This document shows positions 50,391 through 64,000 of a DNA stretch of 64,000 bases, piece by piece (position 1 is the first letter of the stretch; each line of letters opens with the position of its first letter). The stretch is from the NCBI RefSeq assembly GCF_009914755.1, contig NC_060933.1; one strand, 5' to 3'. A program made the translations under genes and the position numbers. This DNA comes from the human T2T-CHM13v2.0 reference genome, Homo sapiens. The notes below the pieces were generated by a model that saw nothing but the letters and a program-made list of their open reading frames with translations, was not told the origin of the DNA and did not search any database.

Positions 50391-50927
50391 CAGCCCAGGT
50401 TTCACTTCACAGCATTCCTTTGCCCAGCCTAGGGCAAACTTGGCTCTGGTTAATGGCTTGGTGAAAGAATAATTGGATGTCAAAGCCGTTAAAACAGCAC
50501 CATTATGCCTAACACAGTATTAGCTAAGTCCATTTTTGCGGACTAAGCTAAAGTTGTTGAGTTCAGCGCCAGGCTTCCAAGTTTTCAGAGAAAATTTGTA
50601 CCAGCTTCATTTATTTCTCAGGGTACGGCAATGCTATGAGTTGAGAGATGTGATGTGAAAGACATGGGCGTTTAGGAAAACTCCAAGTCTTGATAGGGGC
50701 ATCAGACCTATGATAGGTACAATGATAGATCCGATCAAAGGTCTTTATGGAGATTGGAGATGTGCAGAGGCAAGAGGGATCTGGTGAGGCTTATGGGGCC
50801 TGGGTAAACCAGTAGGATTGGATGAGTAAAATGGCGATCGGGCATCATCGCCCTAGCGAAGCAATGCCTTTCAGGTGGTTCTTCAGGGATTATTGAAAAG
50901 TTGACTTTCAAATGTAGAGGACACTAG

Positions 50928-51360
<433 letters not shown>

Positions 51361-51997
51361 TTAGTTTCCAGCTACTGGAGTTCTGATCTGTATTCAACAA
51401 GGAAGGGGATAGAAAGCAAATAATGTTTGCTGTGCATTAAAGAGTCAGGGACAGTACCATGCATTTTACATTCATTTATCTAATCTTGACAGCAACGATG
51501 TTACTATTCTCACTTTACGGATTGGGAAAACAATTGCCAGCTAGATTAAATAATTTGCCCCATGTTACACTGGGCTCTCTCTGCAATGCCTGCTAATAAC
51601 CACACTCCATAGGGGCAATTATTATTTGTTTTTTCCTAGATTCCCTGCCCGACATTTCTTTCCTGACACTCATTCCTTCCCTGAGGTTATTGGTAACTAA
51701 AAATAATTAGAACCATCTAAGAACCCAAATAGAACGGGAAATTTTAAAATGTTGCTGTTTGGTGTAGCTTATTTCCCCCATGTCTTTTCTTCTTCTTGAC
51801 TGAAAGACCTGTTCCCACTCTCCCCCCAGCCTCCACCTTTTGAAACATTTTACCTTAATCTTTCAGTATTGTGAATGCAATAATATGAATAAATCTTAAA
51901 CATATTGTTGAGTAAAAGAAGTGAGACACAAAAGAGTATATAATATGATTTCATTTATATTAACTACACAATCAAGCAAAATTAAGCTGTGTTGTTA

Positions 51998-52165
<168 letters not shown>

Positions 52166-52335
52166 CTACAAAAATTACAAAAAGTAGCTGGGCATGGTGG
52201 TGGACACCTGTAGTCCCAGCTACTTGGGAGGCTGACATGGGAGGATTGCTTGAGCCTGGGAGGTCAAGGCTGCGGTAAGCTGTGATCGTACCACTGCACT
52301 CCAGCCTGGATGACAGAGCAAGACCCTGTCTCCAG

Positions 52336-52372
<37 letters not shown>

Positions 52373-53100
52373 GGCAGGGGGAGACTAAAGAGGTTTCTTT
52401 GGATGCAGTTAATGTTTATTGGTCTGGGTGTGAGTTACATGGCTGTGTTTAATTCGTGAAAATTCATTAAGCTCCACACTTATTTGTGTCTTTTAGTATG
52501 TATATTTCGTTTCAATAAAAAATTAAAACTAAACTATTCTGAGTGTCTTCTAGGTAGGTATATGGCATTGTGCTAAATGCTGTGAAAAGCATAAAAAAGG
52601 AACAAGAAAGCTGACTGCTGATTGCCAGGGCCTGAGGAAAATGTTTTGAAACTAGATAGAGGTAGTGGTTGCACAACATTGTGACTGTTCTAAATGCCAC
52701 TGAACTGCTCATTTAAAAATGGTTAATTCTATGTTCTTTGAATTTCATCTCAGTCTTAAAAAGTGAGTTCACTAGATGCAATGTGGTATTCTGGGTTGGC
52801 CCCTGTAATCGAAAAAGGACATAAGTAGAGAAACTGTTGAAATATAAAAAGCTTATTAAAAAAAAACGGGGCAAGGCCAAAGGTCATTGGAACAGAATCC
52901 CAGTTTTCATAAATTCTTGGTAAGATCTTGAGCAAGTCACTTCTCTCTGAAGAACCTCAATTTCCTATCAGTAAAAATAGGAGGTTAGGCTGCAAAAGTA
53001 GCTTTGAATGGGTTGGGACGAGAACCCTCCCACCTCCCGAATCCAAATCAGAATCTCTGGGCATGAAGGGCCATGGTAAAAAAGTGAAACATTACCTTAG

Positions 53101-53435
<335 letters not shown>

Positions 53436-53977
53436 TGATGAGCCTGCCTTGGCCTCCCAAAGTGCTGGGATTACAGGTGTGAGCCACCGCGCCCGGCCAA
53501 ATTCTGTAGTTTCAAAGTAATAGTCCCTATTTTCAGGAAACATGTTTTTCTTAGGTAGTCCAAGTTTGGTGATGAATGGGGCAGAATTAACTAAAGCCAT
53601 ATGGAAGAGTTCTTTTGGGGATTCACCGTTGACTAGAGCACATAGCCTTGTTAGAGAGTGGCAGGTTAAAATAGGTAGCAGGGTGAGCCCTTCTCTTGCA
53701 GGCTTTGAATAATAGGTTTAAGTATAGATTTGATTTAATAGGAAACAAGGAGGGTCTGTAACCCAGCAATGCTCCAGGAAGATCCACGTGCCAAGTAATC
53801 CACAGAGGAGACTAGGGGAAGTGGAGATGAGGCAGGGGACTGAGCTTAAAGGAAGCCACAGAAGTTGAGTAGTGCTCATGGGAATTAAGAAAGGATGTTT
53901 CTACTGTGAAGGAAAAAGCTATTAGATCTAATGAGTATTGGGGGTTGTATCTTTGTGAAATGTTATTTATAAATTTA

Positions 53978-55938
<1,961 letters not shown>

Positions 55939-56067
55939 TCATGTTTACAAAGGTCTGGCCAGGACCACACGCCAAAAACTGCATGGAGAGTATCATCAGG
56001 GGCTCTCTCCAAAAACACACTGTGAACAAGCAGCATGAAACAGGAGGCATCATTTTTTAACAAGACT

Positions 56068-56073
56068 TTTATT
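56068..56073 (-). terminator. POLE3: POLE3 distal poly(A) signal AATAAA (proximal candidate at 57501-57506)
   Basis: TTTATT on + strand, with TGTA immediately upstream in transcript sense. Confidence 0.7.
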
Positions 56074-56373
56074 TGTACAAAGCATTACAATCTTCTCAGC
56101 ATTCTTCACTCACAAACTTTTCACTGTATTTAACAAGTTAACAGTGTCAAACTACACGTCACTACCTGTCAAACCCCAAGCACTCAACTTAGAAACAAAA
56201 AGCGCTTGGAGCACTGAATGGAAACAGAAAAAGGCTAAGAAAGGCCAACAGAGATATTTTAGAAGCAGTTAAAGAGGATGGTTTAGGGAGAGTTAGATTC
56301 CTGAGCACCATCAGATTTCCCTTAAGGTTTTTTGTGAAGGGGCTTCACAAAATAATTTTTAGAAGACATGAGA

Positions 56374-56540
56374 CAAAATTAGCCAGGCTTGGTGGCACGC
56401 ATCTGTAGTCCCAGATACTCAGGAGGCTCAGGCGGGAGGATCACCTGAGCCCAGGATTTCAAGGATGCAATGAGCTATGATCATGCCACTGCACTCCAGC
56501 CTGGGCCACAGAGTGAGAGACTCCATCTCTTAAAAACAAA
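56374..56540 (+). mobile_element. Alu right-arm fragment in the long POLE3 3'UTR (antisense to the mRNA)
   Basis: Alu right monomer consensus. Confidence 0.8.
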
Positions 56541-57628
56541 ACGTGAGATTAGAACTAAGGAATCAAGAGATCAGAGGAACTCACACTTTGGAGTATTAAG
56601 CAGGTTATCAAAGCTTACAGACTGACAGAAGTGAGAAAAGGAGGCAGATGAGAAAGTGGGATGGGGAGCAGAGGAGAGGCAGGAGAGAGAAAGGAAGCAG
56701 GAGGCACAGAGGGAGAAAGCTGTGCCTAGAGAAAATCAAGTTTGGCACTCGTCATGAATTGAAGAATGAAAAGCCATAGTCACAAGTCTGGGAGATGGAC
56801 TACAAGAAGAGGAAGCCTGGGGTTTTACACCTTCCGGGAGGTGATGACAAATCCTAAAGCTGTACAGTAGCAGAGAGTAAGGTACATCTGACACTATGCC
56901 ATCTGTTTTTGTAAAAGACACTGGCACCATGTTTGACTAATACCATTCCACACTGCTGATTTAAGAATATCTGTGATCAGATTACTACCACACCAGCAGG
57001 CCGATCATCTACAGGCAATATAGAAAGGTTTTGGGCCAAGTGGGTCTATGAAAAACAAAATTCAGTTAATGCTTCTGTCAAGTGAAGAGAGAGAACAGAT
57101 TTTGTTATTCTCCCACAGCATTTTAGTAGTTTCCTAAAGCTTACTCATTCTGAGCAGTCTTAGTAAGCTACTATTGTCAAAGACTGTGCAATCAAACATA
57201 GGCTGACCATAAGCAAAGCCCCAGTTTTTCCTGAGCCTTGGCTGCCTCTGTGATCTGGAACACAGCAGGCAGCATGGAAGTTATTATTACTTATTTGGGG
57301 GACTAGGGAAGACTGCAGATCAAAAACCATCTAACCATACATTTAAGTAAACAAAAGCGAGCAAACTGACTAATTTAGTCGTTCAGAATCCCTCTTGTCA
57401 AAAGGCCATAACCTTCAGATTGATGAAGCAAAACAGGATTCTGCTACTCAGATGCTCTGAGTTTGGTAAGTGCTGGTTTTGACGGTATTTCTAGTCAGTT
57501 TTTATTCTGATCTTTTCAGGCACTTTTGCCTGAGACTACTCTGCCCAGCATGGAAAAGCTTCACAGAAACACGTAGCACGTCTCATTTCAAGTGGTACCT
57601 TCCAAGGTGCCACAGTCTCCCGCCCTTT

Positions 57629-57801
57629 TCAGTTGTCTACTTCTTCCTCTTCATTCTGTTCTTCTTCTTCCAGCCTTTCTTCGTCTTCATCATTGTCCTC
57701 ATCCCTGCTCTTGTCTTGCTCTTCCGAGTCTGTTTTTTTGTCTTTGTCCTTCTTCTTTTGCTCTGAGGCCTCCTTCTTGCCTTTCTGCTCCCGCCTATAT
57801 G
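57629..57801 (-). CDS. POLE3: POLE3 last coding exon (basic then acidic tail ...EEEEVDN*)
   Basis: ttacag|CA acceptor; TGA at 57631-57629; spliced CDS 444 nt = 147 aa + stop. Confidence 0.96.
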
Positions 57802-58426
57802 CTGTAAGGACGGAACAAGGGGTTAGGAGACAGAGCTGAAAGTGAGCCAGACGGACTGCAGGAGCTAATTACATTGTACAATTGGAAAAACGGAGGCAGA
57901 TGGGCGCGGTGGCTCACGCCTGTAATCCCAGCACTTTGGGAGGCTGAGACGGGCGGATCACCTGAGGTCAGGAGTTCAAGACCAGCCTGGCCAATATGGT
58001 GAAACCCCGTCTCTACAAAAATAAAAAATGAGCCGCACGTGGTGGCGTGCGCCTGTAGTCCCAGCTACTCGGGAGGCTGAGGCAGGAGAATTGCTTGAAC
58101 CCAGGAGGAGGAGACTGCGGTGAGCTGAGATCCCATCACTGCACTCCAGCTTGGGTGACAGAGCAAGACTCCGTCTCAAAAAAAAAAAAAAAAAACAAAA
58201 ACAAGAAAAGCAAGACAAAAACAAAAACGGAGGCAGAGAAGGAAAAATAACTTGCTCAGCATTACAAAACAGATCTGAGGTGGTGCCCACCGAACTGGGT
58301 CGAGTCACATCAAGTGCTGGCTTACTGGACTTAAAGGGACCCGCGCTGAGAAGGCTCAGGGCCTGGTGAACAGGTCACACAGGATGACCATCTTCTATGT
58401 GGTTTAGAAGACAAGAGGCTCGTTAC

Positions 58427-58545
58427 CTTCCAGAGCTTCTTTCAATGGGGTAACGAACCGCTGGAACTCCATCTCTTCCATGGCTGAGAGCACATCACTG
58501 GCATTCAGCGTCTTCCGCTTTCCTTTCATTGCAAAGTTGTTAGCA
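58427..58545 (-). CDS. POLE3: POLE3 exon (119 nt; [27 protein letters not shown])
   Basis: ctcag|T and AAG|gtaacg; RKTL/DV motif of NF-YB-type histone folds. Confidence 0.96.
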
Positions 58546-58871
58546 CTGAGAGAAGAGAAAGGCTGTCAGACTCCCTCTTGTTTGTAAGGCGTGAGTGGGA
58601 AAAGGAGCACCCAGAGGTGGAACGGGAAAGCCTGCCTCTTACATGTATGGATTTTGGTGTGACAGGGATAAGTCCTTCCCTTCTCTGCACAAAAAAGCTA
58701 AAGCAAAGTGATTTTGTTGTGTTATTTTGCTTCAGAACTTGTAAAAACTGGCAGAGGACTGTGAACATGTCCCCACCGAGGGAGAACACAATCGTTGGGG
58801 TTTGTAGGCTCCCAGCCAGCAACTCCCAGCCAGGTATCCCCGCGCCTCCCTTATGCCTCTGTCCCGCTCAC

Positions 58872-58957
58872 CAGGATGTGGCGTACAGCACGAAGACGCT
58901 GGCGGCGCGGGAGATGGCGCTCCGGGCCTCCTTGGAGATGTTGACACCGTCCGGGAG
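58872..58957 (-). CDS. POLE3: POLE3 exon (86 nt; [28 protein letters not shown])
   Basis: cgcag|CTC and CTG|gtgagc. Confidence 0.96.
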
Positions 58958-59044
58958 CTGCGAGGAGACCGGGGGTGAGCAAAGCTGCCGTTCCAGCACC
59001 TGCTTCCCTCCTGCCCGTTCGTCCGCCCCCCCCGAGCTGCTCAC

Positions 59045-59110
59045 CGCCTCCTTGATGATCCTGGTGATCACGGCATTGGGCAGGTTTAGGTCCTCGGGCC
59101 TCTCCGCCAT
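59045..59110 (-). CDS. POLE3: POLE3 first coding exon ([22 protein letters not shown]); DNA polymerase epsilon subunit 3 / CHRAC17
   Basis: GCAATGG start; GCG|gtgagc donor; histone-fold helix 1. Confidence 0.97.
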
Positions 59111-62100
59111 TGCCGCCGCTGGGGCTTAAACTCCCCTTCGCCTCCGCTTCAGGGAGCTACTGCGTCCGGACTTCCCGCGTCGCTACGGTCTGACCCTGCG
59201 AGGTTTCCGTTCCGCCCCACGTGGCCTACAGTGTCCCACAGTGCTCTGAGCGCCATAGCCTCCCTCCTCCCCCCACAGCCCCGCCTCCGCCTCAAATACC
59301 GGCGCATCCGGATTTTGAAGCCGCAGTGGTTTTGGCCCGCCAAGGCTTCCATCCAACCCTACCGCACCCCGCACGCCCCTCCCCAGGTCCATTTCTCTGC
59401 TTCTCGCCATCGCCGCGTCGGGAACCTTCTCACCAACTTATTTGGCTCAATGGAGCTTCCGTCCGTTTCCCATGGTGCCCTGCGCCGCTGCTGGGTGACG
59501 GCGCGGCCGGGCGCAGCGCGTGGGAGACGAAGGCGTGGCTGACTCGGCGGGGCGGATCCCTTTAGGACCCGAGGCAGGCTCTGGGCCCGCCGGGTCCGTT
59601 AATCTCACCGCGCCGCAAGGGGCCACGTTTTACCACTTGATTTAGCAACCCTAAGCGGTTTGGAATCTGCTTTGCTCTCACAGGACCTCAGCCCGTCGTG
59701 ATCAGATTCTCCCACTTTCTTTTTTCTTTCCTGGAATGGAGTGGGCAGTCTTTTTCCATCTCTACCGAAGTTGATGTTCATTTTTAATCTTTTCGCCCCT
59801 CACGCTTTTGTAATAATGGTACTAAGACTGAGTGTTATTTAGATTTTATTGTTGTTGTTTGTGTTTAACGCGAACTATTTAGGCAGCCCAGGGATAATGC
59901 TGGCCATATAGAGATGCGCCTGATTAGGTCTCAGGAGTCAATTCGGACTGGGCAGGTAACGAAAGGGCGAGAAGCAGCCTTTTCACTGTATGAAGAATGC
60001 AACGTCACATTCGCTTTCAAAAACAAACCGTGTTAAAATTGTATTTATTTTTCAGTTAAATTGTTCATCATACATTTTTTCCAGTTAAAACCATTCTCAA
60101 GGTTTTGCAATGGCGTTTCTTTTTTTTTTTTTTTTGAGACAGTCTCACTCTGTCGCCCAGGTTGGAGTGCAGTGGCGCCGATTTCGGCTCACTGCAAGCT
60201 CCGCCTCCCGGGTTCACGCCATTCTCCTACCTCAGCCTCCTTAGTAGCTGGGACTACAGACGCCCGCCACCACGCCCGGCTAATTTTTTTGTATTTTTAG
60301 TAGAGACAGGGTTTCACCGTGTTAGCCAAGATGGTCTCGATCTCCTGACCTCGTGATCCGCCCGCCTCGGTCTCCCAAAGTGCAGGGATTACAGGCGCCA
60401 GTCACCGCGCCCGGCGCAATGGTGTTTTAAGTTGTTTTTAAGTTATTTTTATATTAAGTTCGTAGAAATTCTCACTCCCACTGATTTTATTTATTTTTTA
60501 ATTTTTAAAATTTCTTGACAGGGTCTCACTCCGTCCCCCAGGCTGGAGTGCAGCGGCACGGTCTCGGCTCACTGTAGCCTCGACCTCCCTGGCTCAGGTG
60601 GTCCTCCCACCTCAGCCCCAAATAGCTGGGGCTACAGGTGCGTTCCATCACACCCAGCTAATTTTTTGTATTTTTCGTAGAGACAGGGTTTCACCATGTT
60701 GCCCAGGCTGGTCTCGAACTCCAGGGCTCAAGTGATTCTCCCTCGGCCTTGCAAAGTGCTGAGATTACAGGCATGAGCCACGGCGCCCAGCCTCCCACTG
60801 AGAATTAATGCTGCTTTTTTTTCCCGTCAAGCATGCAGTCCCAAGTCGCCCTGTAGTTTTCCTGCTTTCGATAGAAGCCTGATTATAGAGAAATATTTTA
60901 AAACAAAAGAGCAAATGCTATGATAAATGGCAACTGAAAGTGTTTCAATTAGAGACCATAAGGTCTGGTGGGGGAACTCCGCTTGGATAGAACAGACCTG
61001 GCTGAAACCATCAGGGCTGCTCAGCGCTAGTCAGTTGCTCTTCAACTGGAATTGGGCTCAGTGTTGTCAAGTATTTTGGTCCCTAAAAGGACATTGTGGG
61101 CTATTTCAATTTTAAAATTGATTCAAATTTAAAATTGATTCAAAGTGCTAGCCAAACAAAACAAGTAATAGGCCAGGTGCAATCCCAGGCTGATAGTTTA
61201 TCTTTGATCTAAATTATGAAACTGTTTAGAACAGGGAGTTTGTTTATTACTGTTCATGTCCAAAGCAGGTCCCCTCACATATTTAGTAATCAATAAATGT
61301 GTTGAATAAAAGAAAGAAATGGACACTGTCCTTAAAAAGTTCTTAGGAATAAGGTGGTAGTTAGTGATTGCCTAAAACACCTCTAGAAAGGAAAAGATGA
61401 TAATATTTATTGAACACCTCCCATGAATAAAAGTACATTATCTCATTTAATGCTTCTGCAGTCCTACTTAGGGATTCCCTGCCTTCTGCTTATGTTATTT
61501 ATTATTTTTTGTGGAGAGGGGGTAACTCATCTTGGCCTACCAAAGTGCTGTGGTTACAGACCTGAGACACCAAGTCAGGACCCCTCCCCCTACTTGAGAG
61601 AGAGGTGTGAAGACCCTTGTCAAAGGCCATATGGCCAATGAATGAAAAGCTAATGGCCTCTGATGCAACTAGCAGTGTCTAGTGATTTGCTATTTGAGCA
61701 AACACATTCATTGCTGGTGGGTATTTTATCTGCCTGCATGGGAACTGAAGCACATTGAAAAATGAAACATGTCTTCCAGAAGTTTGGGCCTTCTAAGACA
61801 CTTCTGTGACTACTTTGGTCATAATTTGATAATGCTTTTTGGAGATGGTGGCATCTTCTCCCTGATGACTAACGAAGGGGAAAAGGAAAGGATGCAAATA
61901 TTTATTTGGAACAATATGCCAGGCTTTTAATATCCATTAACTAATTTTTATAATGACCCTGTGAAATAAGCTTATCCTCATTTTACAGTGGAGGCAACAG
62001 GCTCAGACTGGTTAAGTCCCAGGTCACTCAGCTATTAAATAGCCAATTAGGAGACCTGAAGTCCTGCTCTCAAACTCTTGCCATTCTACTTTATGCTGAG

Positions 62101-62311
62101 CTATTTTCATACTTGCTTGTTATCCAATCTTTAATTATTTTGTGGCCATCATTTACCTATATAGGTTCAATAGAAATATTTTATACTGTGAGTTCAAATT
62201 AACATCTGGACTGTATGGCTAATGTATAATACTCCCTAATTATGTAGCTGTTGATTTTCCAGAGCACTAGAATGCTGCAGGGTTGGCCTTTGGCCTAAAC
62301 CATTTCTAGCT

Positions 62312-62462
62312 ATGGACTTGCCAGATGAGAGCCAGTGGGACGAAACCACCTGTGGCTTGGCTGTTTGTCAGCACCCACAATGCTGGGCAACTATCCGCCG
62401 CATTGAGAGGGGCCATCCTCGAATCCTCGGCTCATCCTGCAAAACTCCCCTGGATGCTGAAG
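62312..62462 (+). CDS. C9orf43: C9orf43 first coding exon ([25 protein letters not shown]...); exon starts at 62263
   Basis: ttccag|AG acceptor, GCTATGG start, AAG|gtgaat donor. Confidence 0.88.
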
Positions 62463-62576
62463 GTGAATTAGCCAGCTTCTGTCCTCTCCCTCACGAGGTC
62501 CTTAACGTATTTATGTATGTGGCTCCCTTTCTCCAGGCAGCAGGTTAACATGTTTTCTTCTGGTCTGCCTTCTTAG

Positions 62577-62712
62577 ATAAACTCCCAGTGCTCACCGTGG
62601 TAGACATCTTAGATTCCGGCTTTGCAGCTCATCATTTACCAGAATGTACCTTTACTAAGGCCCATTCTTTATTGTCTCAGAGTTCAAAGTTTTACTCCAA
62701 ATTTCATGGCAG
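62577..62712 (+). CDS. C9orf43: C9orf43 second coding exon ([15 protein letters not shown]...KFHG); gene continues beyond the window
   Basis: cttag|AT and CAG|gtaaat; open in the phase set by the previous exon. Confidence 0.88.
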
Positions 62713-62909
62713 GTAAATTATCATGGAATCTTCCTTTACAGCCTATTGTCTCAAAATTCTGGATTATGATTTTCCTTATCCATTAGTATACTTTGAGAAA
62801 GCTAGATTAAAAAGAAAATACCAATTGGGTTAAAGAAGTGGTGAATAGGCAGTGGGAAACAGAAAGAAACCCTTCCTGCTTGTGCCCTAGGAATTGGTTA
62901 ATTTGGGAG

Positions 62910-63983
<1,074 letters not shown>

Positions 63984-64000
63984 TAGGGTCTTACTTTGTT

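Larger units (their letters stand above)
58840..59700. promoter_or_regulatory. Bidirectional CpG-island promoter POLE3/C9orf43
   Basis: CpG-dense; head-to-head genes; E-box CACGTG at 59218-59223, GC boxes, TTTGAA at 59314-59319. Confidence 0.85.

Noticed and set aside
58578-59129. 183-aa ORF antisense to POLE3
   Set aside because: GC-rich shadow frame with a non-ATG start and no motif.

Overview
This is human (primate) genomic DNA, recognisable from the translated exons as the chr9q32 cluster. In order: BSPRY (+; five coding exons, 5' exon upstream of the window), HDHD3 (-; whole 251-aa CDS in one exon), ALAD (-; complete 330-aa porphobilinogen synthase, 11 coding exons, housekeeping exon 1A and a probable erythroid promoter), POLE3 (-; complete 147-aa histone-fold protein) and the first two coding exons of C9orf43 (+), which shares a CpG-island promoter with POLE3. 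All splice junctions were read by hand, follow GT-AG and give open spliced frames. The rest is dense Alu, L2, MIR, L1, LTR and DNA-transposon sequence, and most entries in the ORF track are Alu or low-complexity artefacts. I see no convincing new multi-gene system; this is a well-studied locus. Five structures are the most unusual. (1) A 15-bp-TSD-flanked retrocopy of the 5' part of tRNA-Glu with two Alus nested inside it. (2) A ~190-bp local duplication in ALAD intron 1 where only one copy keeps a GATA site. (3) An 87-nt stop-free, in-frame intron in POLE3. (4) LTR- and transposon-donated poly(A) signals in BSPRY and ALAD. (5) A stop/start-overlapping uORF plus a frame-switching alternative acceptor at the ALAD N-terminus. 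Repeat family names come from remembered consensus sequences and repeat boundaries are approximate.
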